Shown here one piece after another: positions 55,301 to 64,000 of a stretch of 64,000 bases of DNA. Location: the IMG/VR virus record IMGVR_UViG_3300020469_000023, positions 1 to 64,000 of that record; one strand, 5' to 3'. The translations under genes were made by a program, and so were the position numbers. This DNA is from a virus. Positions within the stretch are counted from its first letter, which is position 1. Each line of letters begins with the position of its first letter. The notes beneath the pieces were generated by a model. That model had not been told where the DNA came from, ran no database searches, and saw only the letters and a program-made list of their open reading frames with translations.

Positions 55301-56214
55301 GAACTTTAATTCTCGCTTTATTATTAACAGCAAGTGCTTTTGCATTTGCGGATAATGAAATATATATCGAGCAAGTTGGTGAAGGTGTAGAAATTATTAT
55401 TGAACAAACAGGTAATGGAAACTTGATTGGGCAAAATACTAGCACTGGTGCTAATGCGACCGACATGAAACTGCAGATAGGTAACTCTAATGCATATTGG
55501 TTGTTTAATGGAAGTAACAACTTACTATTTGGTGATATCAACTCAGATGGTTCAAACATTGACTATAATGTTCAAGGTTCGAACAACAGAATCAATCAAT
55601 TGATTGGTACTGTAACTGGTAATACTAGTAGTAATCAAAGTGCAGATGCCATTGATATGAATGTAGATGTTCAAGGTGATTATAACCAGACAACGTTTAG
55701 GTTAGGTAATAAATCTGAAACTTACAATACACCTCATAATTTAGGTGATGGTGCATTTTTTAACAATAGTGCAGGTTTTAAAACGTATAGCAATCATACA
55801 TTTACAGGTAGTAACATCACGGGTTATGGAACTTATGGTGGTAATGCTACAAGTAACTATGGGTCAAATGCCGCATATTGGGATGCCTGGAATATTACAG
55901 AAGGTAGTGCTGATGGTGCCAACATTGACTTATTAGTTGATGGCAGTGGTGCTTCAAATACTATTGGTGCATTTATAAACTCTTCAAATGCTGTTTGGGA
56001 TTGGGACATAACTGGTTCAAATAACTGGATATTAACAACTCAAGAAGATGGAAGTGATAATAAAATATCTGTTGATTTAACAGGTGATAAAAACTATGTA
56101 TTTGTTGGTCAAAGAACAGGTACAAGTATAAGTGGTGCAGAGGCGATATTAGATGCAAGTTTTGTTACAGACGGTTCAGAAATTACGATTATTCAACAAG
56201 ATACTGGCGAGTAA
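55297..56214 (+). CDS. Curlin-like secreted beta-solenoid protein
   Basis: Signal peptide, ADNEIYIEQVG, repeated (Q/V)xGxxN; N/G/S/T-rich. Confidence 0.75.
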   Translation: MRTLILALLLTASAFAFADNEIYIEQVGEGVEIIIEQTGNGNLIGQNTSTGANATDMKLQIGNSNAYWLFNGSNNLLFGDINSDGSNIDYNVQGSNNRINQLIGTVTGNTSSNQSADAIDMNVDVQGDYNQTTFRLGNKSETYNTPHNLGDGAFFNNSAGFKTYSNHTFTGSNITGYGTYGGNATSNYGSNAAYWDAWNITEGSADGANIDLLVDGSGASNTIGAFINSSNAVWDWDITGSNNWILTTQEDGSDNKISVDLTGDKNYVFVGQRTGTSISGAEAILDASFVTDGSEITIIQQDTGE

Positions 56215-57304
56215 TCTTATTCTAATAGGGTCTGTTTATGCAGACTCTATTGGCGATATTCGTGAGCATACTGGTAGTGCGGCAATCGAAAGAGAATCTG
56301 GTGAAGAACTAGTTGTCTCTCCTGCTTTTTTACCTGATGTTGAAATGAATGATACTGCTATTACTGGTAATGGCAGAATGTTAATTGAATTCAAAGATAA
56401 AGAAGAATTAGCATTGACTGAACACACAAAGATTTATATTGATGAAGTATATTATGACCCTGACCCATCGCTGTCAAAGATGACTATGCGAATGGCACTT
56501 GGTACTGCTAGATTTACATCTGGTAGAGGTGAAATGATTGACAAAGCAAACATTGACATTTCAACACCAACTGCTCAGATAGGTATTCGGGGAACAGATT
56601 TTACAACTACAGTTGATGAACTCGGTAGAACGTTAGTTGTATTATTACCTGATGAAAATGGAGAATCATCTGGTGAAATATTTATTACAAATGCTGGTGG
56701 GACAATTACATTGAATGAAGCATATCAATCTATGATGCTTCAATCATTTGATGTAATGCCACAAAGAACAGTTATTCTTGAAGGCATTACGCCCGATTCA
56801 ATTAATAATATGTTTATTGTTAATCCACCAAAAGAGATAAAAGAAGTAGAAGCAGAAGGAGAAAGTAAAGAAGACGATGCTCAAGGTATTTTAGATGTAG
56901 ACTTCTTGGCATACGATGCCTTAGAAGAAGATGCTTTAGAAGATAAAGGAGAATTAGAATATACAGAACTAGATATTGACTTATTAGATGTTGAGTTTCT
57001 TCAAGACGTATTAGACATTACTGCTGACCTCGATAGAATAAATGAGATTGATAGAGAGGTTGCAGATATAGGTAATGTTAACATTGAAGGTACTCAAGTA
57101 GGGTTTGATGATGATAGTCAATATAGTACGTTTGTTAATAAAGAAGAAGAGACGATTGTTATGACTAGAGAAGTAGAAGGTGTAATTAGAATAACTCATG
57201 CGATTTATACAAATGCAGTTATTGAAACATACACTAACCAAAAACCAAGCGAGATAACTTTAGGAGATGGTTCAGATGCAAGAATCATAATAATACAAGA
57301 ATGA
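56153..57304 (+). CDS. FecR-domain secreted protein with acidic tail
   Basis: D..ITGNG...F.D, ISTPTAQIGIRGTDF; LDVDFL/LDIDLL repeats. Confidence 0.85.
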   Translation: MQVLLQTVQKLRLFNKILASNLILIGSVYADSIGDIREHTGSAAIERESGEELVVSPAFLPDVEMNDTAITGNGRMLIEFKDKEELALTEHTKIYIDEVYYDPDPSLSKMTMRMALGTARFTSGRGEMIDKANIDISTPTAQIGIRGTDFTTTVDELGRTLVVLLPDENGESSGEIFITNAGGTITLNEAYQSMMLQSFDVMPQRTVILEGITPDSINNMFIVNPPKEIKEVEAEGESKEDDAQGILDVDFLAYDALEEDALEDKGELEYTELDIDLLDVEFLQDVLDITADLDRINEIDREVADIGNVNIEGTQVGFDDDSQYSTFVNKEEETIVMTREVEGVIRITHAIYTNAVIETYTNQKPSEITLGDGSDARIIIIQE

Positions 57305-58131
57305 TTAAATTTTTAAAAGAAAATACATCACCACAAGGTATAAAGACTATCGTAACAATGTGGATTTTATTTGCATTTGCTATTGGTGGTTGTGAATATG
57401 TATATGCTGATAATGAAGTATATATTACTCAAAGTGGTGAAGGTACAAAGTTGTTTATCGAACAAGAAGGTAAAGATAATAAAGTAGACTTCTCAATGCA
57501 ACATCAGGGTAATGAAGTAAAAATAATCCAGCATGGGCATAATAATAAAATAGCATATGGACATTGGGGTTCACTAACTAGTGGAGATATAGATGGAACG
57601 TTTAATTCATTAGACTTTGCACAAATATGTGGACGTGGTTCAAGTTGTAAAGAATCTGATATCGGTCTGCATATCTATGGAGACAATAACTCAATACGTT
57701 GGGGACAAGGATATATTTTAAGTTCTCCGACTTCAACTTGGACATGGGACGGAAGTGAAGGTGGTGGTCATCATCTAACTTTAGATGTTCATGGAGATAA
57801 TAATAATGTTGCGGGTAGTCAAAGAAACTCATCTGCAGGCATCTATAGTGAACACCAAGCAGATATCTATCTTTACTCTAATAACAATAGTGTTTTTTGG
57901 AGACAAAATACAGATGGTGTTAAAGATGTAAATTTATACACATATAATGATGGTAATAATATTACTGGTTATCAATCTGGTTATGCAACACATACTGCAA
58001 ATATATCTTTAACTGGGTCTAGTCCAACAACATTAAATTTAACTCAAGAAGGTAACTCTGCTCAATCATATTCACTATCACAAAACTGCCAAACTATGGG
58101 TGGTTGTAGCATTTCTGTTACACAACAATAA
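57301..58131 (+). CDS. Curlin-like (CsgB/CsgA-type) protein
   Basis: ADNEVYITQSG, QEGKDN, QHGHNN, GDNN repeats; C-terminal C..GGC.ISVTQQ. Confidence 0.78.
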   Translation: MIKFLKENTSPQGIKTIVTMWILFAFAIGGCEYVYADNEVYITQSGEGTKLFIEQEGKDNKVDFSMQHQGNEVKIIQHGHNNKIAYGHWGSLTSGDIDGTFNSLDFAQICGRGSSCKESDIGLHIYGDNNSIRWGQGYILSSPTSTWTWDGSEGGGHHLTLDVHGDNNNVAGSQRNSSAGIYSEHQADIYLYSNNNSVFWRQNTDGVKDVNLYTYNDGNNITGYQSGYATHTANISLTGSSPTTLNLTQEGNSAQSYSLSQNCQTMGGCSISVTQQ

Positions 58132-58136
58132 AGACA

Positions 58137-59966
58137 ATGTATAATTGGAAAGTTGTTCTCGTAACAATAGCATTACTTGTAAGTGTTCGTATTGCTGACC
58201 CTAAATTAGTAGAGCAGTTTCGTTTAAACTATTTTGATTCACTTCAATATTTACAAGAACCCGTAGACTCTGGTATTGTTTTAGTTGATATTGATGAAAA
58301 GTCTTTAGAGCAATTTGGACAGTTTCCATTTCCACGTGATATCTATGCACAAGAATTAAGTAAGAATGGTGCATTGTCTTTGTATGTAATGAATATGAGT
58401 TTTACAGAAGCAGATAGATTTGGTGGTGATGAAGACTTAGCAAACGTGATGAATCTTCGTGAAGTTATATTATCTTCTATTCCTACAAACGTAACAAATA
58501 AAGGCGACAAACCATTTCTTGGTTTTGGCAAACTAGGTAAAGGTAACCCAAGTAATTGGTTATATAACTACAAAGGTATTTCTACACCAATAAAAGAATT
58601 AAATCCTGTTGGAGTTGGTGTTGTAAGTGCGGCACCAAGTGTTGATGGTATAGTTCGTGAAGCACCCTTAATGGTAATTGCAAACGAACATATCTATCCT
58701 TCTCTTGCATTAGAAACTTTACGTGTTTGGAATCGTCAACCTAATTATGCAATGAAAGTAAAAGAAGCAGGTGTTGAATGGGTAAGAATGGGTAAACTAG
58801 ATAAAATGTCCACTACACCTAACTCTAATATTCAGATTGCATATTGGAATAATTTTAAACGTATTTCTTTTGGTGAACCAATGCCAGATGGGCAAATGTA
58901 TATTATAGGACTATCTGCTGGTGGATTGGTAAACCCAGTACCAACACCCATGGGTGCAATGTACCCACATGATGTTCAAGCAAACTTAATTCAAACTGTC
59001 GTGAGCGGTGTACAAATACAAAGACATTTCTTTCTTGAACAGTTAGAAATACTTGTTCTGATAATAAGTACACTATTAATACTACTTATGGTATATAGAT
59101 TGCCTACGTATTTAAGTGGTATACTATCTCTTGCAATGATTGGTGGTATAGTTGCAACAGGACTATATTATTGGTATACTGCTCTGTTACTTATTGATGT
59201 AGTTTACACGTCACTGGCATTATTCCTAGTGTTTGGACATGCATCATTTAACAAGTACTACGTCACATACAAACTTAAGGAAATGATTAAAGGACAGTTT
59301 AAAACATATCTATCGCCAGATATGGTAGATAAACTTGCAGAAGACCCAAGTCTTTTAAAACTTGGTGGTGAAAGAAGAAACATGACTTTCTTTTTTATGG
59401 ATATTGTAGGGTTTACACCAATATCAGAACACTATAAAAACAATAATGACCCCGAAGGTCTAGTGGAATTAATTAATAACTTTTTAGATAGAACATCAAA
59501 TATTATACTAAATAATGGTGGTACTATTGATAAATACATGGGTGATTGTATAATGGCGTTTTGGAATGCTCCATTAGACAACAAGTATCATGCAGAACTT
59601 GCCTGTATATCTGCAATTCAAATAGAAAAAGAAGTAGGAGAAATTCAAGATGAATTTAAAAGAAAAAATCTACCTAGCATTAATGTTGGTATTGGTATTA
59701 ATACCAGTGATTGCATATGCGGTAATCTTGGTAGTCAATCCAGATTTGATTATTCAGTCATCGGAGATGGCGTCAATCTCGCCGCACGTCTGGAAGCATT
59801 AGCGGGTAGAGGCGATTATAAAAAACATATGACTATAGTTGGACAAGATACTGTTGATTCAATAGTTGTAAATGGATATAGTCAGAAAGATGTTATGTTT
59901 AATTACATTGATGAGATACAAGTAAAAGGTAAAGAAGAAAAAATAAAAATATATTCACCGAGTTAG
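58137..59966 (+). CDS. CHASE2-domain class III adenylate/guanylate cyclase
   Basis: LVDIDEKSL..GQFPFPR (CHASE2), 3 TM, FMDIVGFT, DKYMGDCIMAFWNAP, GIGIN, YSVIGDGVNLAARLE. Confidence 0.95.
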   Translation: MYNWKVVLVTIALLVSVRIADPKLVEQFRLNYFDSLQYLQEPVDSGIVLVDIDEKSLEQFGQFPFPRDIYAQELSKNGALSLYVMNMSFTEADRFGGDEDLANVMNLREVILSSIPTNVTNKGDKPFLGFGKLGKGNPSNWLYNYKGISTPIKELNPVGVGVVSAAPSVDGIVREAPLMVIANEHIYPSLALETLRVWNRQPNYAMKVKEAGVEWVRMGKLDKMSTTPNSNIQIAYWNNFKRISFGEPMPDGQMYIIGLSAGGLVNPVPTPMGAMYPHDVQANLIQTVVSGVQIQRHFFLEQLEILVLIISTLLILLMVYRLPTYLSGILSLAMIGGIVATGLYYWYTALLLIDVVYTSLALFLVFGHASFNKYYVTYKLKEMIKGQFKTYLSPDMVDKLAEDPSLLKLGGERRNMTFFFMDIVGFTPISEHYKNNNDPEGLVELINNFLDRTSNIILNNGGTIDKYMGDCIMAFWNAPLDNKYHAELACISAIQIEKEVGEIQDEFKRKNLPSINVGIGINTSDCICGNLGSQSRFDYSVIGDGVNLAARLEALAGRGDYKKHMTIVGQDTVDSIVVNGYSQKDVMFNYIDEIQVKGKEEKIKIYSPS

Positions 59967-59970
59967 CGTT

Positions 59971-60192
59971 ATGAAAAAAGTAGAGAGGTCTTTTTCAAGT
60001 GCAGTAAGAATGCCTTATCAAGATGCAATTGCATTTGCACTAAGACTTCATGACTTTCATATCGCACAATCTATTCAAGACTCAAAAAATAAAGAGTTTC
60101 ATAAAAAACAAGCACAAAGAATGCGAGATTGGTTAACTGATATGAAAGATTTTATTATTTCGAATGAGTCTTCTCATGAACATGAAGCATAA
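59971..60192 (+). CDS. Hypothetical protein
   Basis: Last ORF of the + strand operon. Confidence 0.6.
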   Translation: MKKVERSFSSAVRMPYQDAIAFALRLHDFHIAQSIQDSKNKEFHKKQAQRMRDWLTDMKDFIISNESSHEHEA

Positions 60193-60430
60193 TCAAAGCA
60201 TAATGAATAACTTTTAATAAGTCATCTTTATTATACCCATTCTTATTTCCATATCGCTGTGCATATTTCATTATGTTGCCGATACAAAACCCTTCGCCAT
60301 GTCCACCATCAATAATAAACTCGGTTGCTTGAAACTTGTTTTTAGAATAATGTTGATTGTAAGTTTTATCAACATAACTTTTAAGTTCTTCTAGAAATTT
60401 GTCTTCGTTGTATTTGTATGTATTTTTCAT
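60155..60430 (-). CDS. DUF3310-like protein (T7 gp1.7-type nucleotide kinase family)
   Basis: HY, GFCIGNIMKYAQRYG.K.G...DLLKVIHY. Confidence 0.8.
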   Translation of the reverse strand: MKNTYKYNEDKFLEELKSYVDKTYNQHYSKNKFQATEFIIDGGHGEGFCIGNIMKYAQRYGNKNGYNKDDLLKVIHYALIMLHVHEKTHSK

Positions 60431-60438
60431 TGTGGTAT

Positions 60439-60467
60439 ATTATACACTATTATTCAGGCGTTGTCAA
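60439..60467 (-). promoter_or_regulatory. sigma70-type promoter
   Basis: TTGACA-17-TATAAT. Confidence 0.75.
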
Positions 60468-61088
60468 GTCTTCAATTACTTCATTTAAGTAATTCATGTT
60501 AGTAAACTTTAGTGCCATTGTAAATCTATCGCATGAAGTATAAGCAGAATGCCAACAATGATTTTCTGGGTCATTCTCTTCACCAAAATGAAACCAACGA
60601 CATTGCCAACCTTTCTTATCTGGTATAGTGACTATTTCATTTGTTTTTTTATCTAAGTAATTAAAATACCCATCGCCTTTTAAACTATATGTAAATAGCA
60701 TTTGATATGCAGATGCATTCCAATTTGTGTGCCAACCTATAAATCCACCTGGTGGATAATAATTTAATAAAGCATTATGTTTTGCGCCAATTTCTGGTGG
60801 AAATTGATATTTGTAATATTCATAAAATTTTTTCCAGACGCTTGGATTTTTTTCAGATGCATTACTTGTAGAAGTATTATAAAATGCATCAGGGTATCCA
60901 TCGTGATTTCTTGACATAATATCATTTAAGTACTCTCTAGAGCAATAATATTCACCATTATCTAAATCACCTCTAATTGTATTATAATCCATGTTGTCGT
61001 AATCTAAAGAATAAAATTCATCTATTAAATTATTTAACTTGTTGTTATAATAAGAATTATTAATTACTATTTCTGCCATACCAATCAA
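60450..61088 (-). CDS. Putative 2OG-Fe(II) oxygenase-fold protein
   Basis: YPPGGFIGWHTN, CWH, RFT. Confidence 0.65.
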   Translation of the reverse strand: MIGMAEIVINNSYYNNKLNNLIDEFYSLDYDNMDYNTIRGDLDNGEYYCSREYLNDIMSRNHDGYPDAFYNTSTSNASEKNPSVWKKFYEYYKYQFPPEIGAKHNALLNYYPPGGFIGWHTNWNASAYQMLFTYSLKGDGYFNYLDKKTNEIVTIPDKKGWQCRWFHFGEENDPENHCWHSAYTSCDRFTMALKFTNMNYLNEVIEDLTTPE

Positions 61089-61332
61089 TTAATTCATCGC
61101 CTTTTAATGCTTTACCAAAAATATGAATTAATTTACCATTCTTTACTCTTTCAATTCTTTTGTCATTGAAATGAGTATCAGTAACCATTTCACCATTTGC
61201 TGTGTCTTCTGGTCTATTATCATACCACATACTGCTTAAACTATGTACGTGTACAGAATTAGTGCCTTTTGCCCACTCTTCTGCTTCAAGTAAAAGTCTC
61301 TGTCTTTCTACAGCACTATTAAATTCACCCAT
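61060..61332 (-). CDS. Hypothetical protein
   Basis: Packed ORF. Confidence 0.6.
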   Translation of the reverse strand: MGEFNSAVERQRLLLEAEEWAKGTNSVHVHSLSSMWYDNRPEDTANGEMVTDTHFNDKRIERVKNGKLIHIFGKALKGDELIDWYGRNSN

Positions 61333-62006
61333 TATGCACCATACATTTCTATGTTTGTGATTAAGTCCATAAAAACCGGTACTCTATCTTTCTCTTCCCA
61401 GTTTCTGTTTTGTTCAATTCCAACTTCAAACTGCTTTAAATATAATTTATTTTCTATATCTTTCCACATTCTTTTAGCAATATCATCTGGGTCTAACATG
61501 GGATAGTCTTTATGTTTTGTTGGGTCAAAATTACCAGTTTCGTCTTTGCTTGTTAAACCAGTTCTAGTTAGACCAAGACTGTAGTTTGTCCAATATATAT
61601 TTTTTGCTTCTCTATTTCTTACTTTCCACATATATGCTTCTAGTAGCAATTTTGCTTTACTGTTGGTGTAGTGCATATATGGTTGTTTTATTAAACCATC
61701 ATAAAAATCATCTAAGTTATCCACTAAAAAAGCATAAGCGAGAGCAGACCCAGTCGTAATCATAACACCTTTTTTAAATCTTTCTACAAACCAAGTAGCA
61801 ATGTTATTTTGATTGCCATATCCCCAAACATTGTTAAACAATATATCTGGTTGATATTCTTTTATAAAACCAAGAACATCTGGAAGATTATTAACAATGT
61901 CATGACCTGTTGAACGAGAAATACCTTTTACTTCATAATCACTAGGGCAATTTTCTAGTATTGCTTTACCAATACCAGAAGTATGTCCTGTGATTAGTAC
62001 TTTCAC
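61332..62006 (-). CDS. Short-chain dehydrogenase/reductase
   Basis: ITGHTSGIG, DILFNN, YTNSK. Confidence 0.85.
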   Translation of the reverse strand: MKVLITGHTSGIGKAILENCPSDYEVKGISRSTGHDIVNNLPDVLGFIKEYQPDILFNNVWGYGNQNNIATWFVERFKKGVMITTGSALAYAFLVDNLDDFYDGLIKQPYMHYTNSKAKLLLEAYMWKVRNREAKNIYWTNYSLGLTRTGLTSKDETGNFDPTKHKDYPMLDPDDIAKRMWKDIENKLYLKQFEVGIEQNRNWEEKDRVPVFMDLITNIEMYGA

Positions 62007-62275
62007 TATACTCTATCAATTATTGATGTTGCATCTTCATATGCTTTTTTAACATCTTCATGAGTATCAACTTTTAATACTACATTGCTTTTTCTAAAAT
62101 CAACTTTATCAGGTGATTCTACACTTGTTACACATACTCCTTTTGCAAATCCAAATCCTTCTTGAGATTGGATTACCATTTTAGGTTTAGATAGAGTAAT
62201 GATATCTCCACTTTCGTATGTCAATTCACCTATGTATTCTCCATAAGTTGTTACTACAGTTGTTATGTCTGCCAT
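62006..62275 (-). CDS. Small Sm-like beta protein
   Basis: GEYIG...LSKP pattern; GGAG SD. Confidence 0.6.
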   Translation of the reverse strand: MADITTVVTTYGEYIGELTYESGDIITLSKPKMVIQSQEGFGFAKGVCVTSVESPDKVDFRKSNVVLKVDTHEDVKKAYEDATSIIDRV

Positions 62276-62283
62276 ATTTTCTC

Positions 62284-62487
62284 CTATAATTTTATTGCTA
62301 ATACAACTAGTATTGCTAACTGTATTAATATAACTATTAACAACTCAATACCCAAGATAGTATGATACCATATCCACCTAGTTTTATATGCATTGTCAAC
62401 ACTTAATTCTTCGGGGTCTGGTTCACCAGATATACCTTTATCAGGTTGTCCCCATAATGTCTCTTTTATTTTGTTTATTATTCCCAT
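62284..62487 (-). CDS. Small membrane protein
   Basis: AYKTRWIWYHTIL plus TM. Confidence 0.65.
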   Translation of the reverse strand: MGIINKIKETLWGQPDKGISGEPDPEELSVDNAYKTRWIWYHTILGIELLIVILIQLAILVVLAIKL

Positions 62488-63866
62488 TTGAAATCTTTAA
62501 ATTTTTCTGAACTTACTCGTTCACCTGACGTTGACTTATCAAATACTGGAACATCATCTTTATTACTAACAACACCTTGGTCATTATCATCTGCTAGTTT
62601 CATTTTGCTTCTATCAACTTTTAATGTGAATCTATTATATTTAGTCGGGTCGTTATATCTGTTTTTTAATTGCTTAACAAGTATCTTGCCCATTGTATTT
62701 AATTCTTCATTTGATATTAATGCAAACATTAAGTCAGCAGTTGCTGGCAAACCAAACGATTCAGAAGTATCTTCTAGACCAGGGTCGTCACTAGTAAACC
62801 CACTTCTGTTTGTTTGTGTTGCACTCATAATCGGGACATTAAACTCTACAGCAAGACCTCGCATTTCTTCTGCAATACTCTTGATATAAGAATAAGAGTT
62901 GATACTACCACCAATCATTTTCATTCTACTTGATGCACATATGTTTAGATAGTCAACAAAGATTATTTCTGGTACAAAATTCTTTTTAAGTTTTAATTCA
63001 TTTAACAATGCACGAAAGTGAGAAGTGTTTGCTTGACCTGTGGGATATTCTTTGATAATTAATTTACCATCTGTCTTTGCAGTTATCTGACCTACTTTAT
63101 CTCTAAACATATCTTTAGATAAATTCTCAATTTGGTCAATTGGTATATTCAATAAGTTTGCATCGATTCTTTCTGCGATTCTTTCTTCTGCCATTTCCAT
63201 AGTAATATATAAAACGTTTCTACCTTGTGCTAATATATTAGATGCACAATGACACATGAATAATGATTTACCAACACCTGTGCCTGCAAGAGCAATGTTT
63301 AGAGTTTTATTTGGTAGACCACCTTTCGTTATCTTATTAAAATTATCTAAGTCAAAAGGTATTCGTTCTTCTTGTTCATGATAAAAATCATATCGTTCAT
63401 CTACTTGTTCAAGATAATCATGCCCTACTTTAGTATCAAACGAAACACCAAGTGCTTTTGATAGAACATCAGGGATTGCATTCTTTTGAAGTGTTGCATG
63501 TTTACCATCGATGATAGATATAGACTCCATGACTGCATTATATACAGAACGGTCTTGACACCATTTCTCAGTTCTTTCAATTAACCAATCTAAATTCTCT
63601 GGTTCAGCAGTAAAGATATTGGGTAACATTTCAATTGCTTGTCGATAGTTGTCTTCACTTAATCTATTACCTTCATCAACTTCAATCTTAAATGATTCAA
63701 GTGTTGGTATCTTATTAAACTTAGATACAAACTTTGCAACTTCTTTAAATAAGTCTTTGTAAACACCTTCGAAATAATCGGGTGCTAAAAAGGGTAATAC
63801 TCTTCGTGTGTATTCTTCGTTAGTAAGAAGATTACGAAGAATCGTTTGTTCTAGATTTATATTCAT
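62478..63866 (-). CDS. 41: Replicative DNA helicase, T4 gp41 family
   Basis: AGTGVGKS, YITMEMAEERIAERIDAN, IKEYPT, DYLNIC, SESFGLPATAD, KQLKNRY. Confidence 0.96.
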   Translation of the reverse strand: MNINLEQTILRNLLTNEEYTRRVLPFLAPDYFEGVYKDLFKEVAKFVSKFNKIPTLESFKIEVDEGNRLSEDNYRQAIEMLPNIFTAEPENLDWLIERTEKWCQDRSVYNAVMESISIIDGKHATLQKNAIPDVLSKALGVSFDTKVGHDYLEQVDERYDFYHEQEERIPFDLDNFNKITKGGLPNKTLNIALAGTGVGKSLFMCHCASNILAQGRNVLYITMEMAEERIAERIDANLLNIPIDQIENLSKDMFRDKVGQITAKTDGKLIIKEYPTGQANTSHFRALLNELKLKKNFVPEIIFVDYLNICASSRMKMIGGSINSYSYIKSIAEEMRGLAVEFNVPIMSATQTNRSGFTSDDPGLEDTSESFGLPATADLMFALISNEELNTMGKILVKQLKNRYNDPTKYNRFTLKVDRSKMKLADDNDQGVVSNKDDVPVFDKSTSGERVSSEKFKDFKWE

Positions 63867-64000
63867 TTTCTGCCCATGCTATATTTTCTTCTGTTGCTAG
63901 TACTTCGTGATTCTCTTTATCCCATGCCATCATCGACCCATCTGTAATTGATGCTTCAATAATATTACTTAGTATTCTCCCAGAGTACTCTTGGAATTCA
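63832..64000 (-). CDS. 3' end of an upstream gene (partial)
   Basis: Open frame ...EFQEYSGRILSNIIEA...RTNDSS*. Confidence 0.6.
   Translation of the reverse strand, partial: EFQEYSGRILSNIIEASITDGSMMAWDKENHEVLATEENIAWAENEYKSRTNDSS

Noticed and set aside
888-62889. Many short antisense or alternate-frame ORFs in the ORF track (e.g. 37317-37958, 45480-45848, 54619-54951, 62488-62889)
   Set aside because: They are shadows of well-supported genes on the opposite strand or frame, with no SD and Ser/Phe/Leu-rich composition
1-64000. Stop-codon reassignment, tRNA, tmRNA or rRNA
   Set aside because: The standard code gives dense full-length genes using all three stops; intergenic gaps are filled by small ORFs or promoters; no cloverleaf recognised

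Overview
AT-rich, densely coded 64-kb segment of a large T4-like myophage, probably marine. The call rests on the gp41 helicase, NrdA/NrdB, PhoH, a DenV-like glycosylase, TATAAATA late promoters and perfect sigma70-type early promoters. The host is probably a heterotrophic proteobacterium but cannot be determined from this window. Main blocks: (1) early hypothetical genes (1-2.6 kb, 26-27.7 kb, 49.5-52 kb) behind repeated TTGACA-17-TATAAT cassettes. (2) A ~17-kb glycan/surface-modification island (glycosyltransferases, methyltransferases, 2OG-Fe(II) oxygenases, radical SAM, carbamoyltransferase) that also holds an alternative oxidase, a c-type cytochrome and a TctA/TctC transporter. (3) nrdAB, with a glutaredoxin inside NrdA. 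(4) A ~14-kb cluster of genes whose products start with T4 capsid-targeting-like leaders; several look like Glu-delimited polyproteins and carry kinase, ligase-like, nucleotidyltransferase and nuclease-like cargo. (5) A + strand late operon encoding CsgF, CsgG, two curlin-like proteins, a FecR-domain protein and a CHASE2 adenylate cyclase, divergent from an outer-membrane beta-barrel gene. No tRNA, rRNA or CRISPR array was recognised. All family calls come from motif recognition by eye, not database searches.
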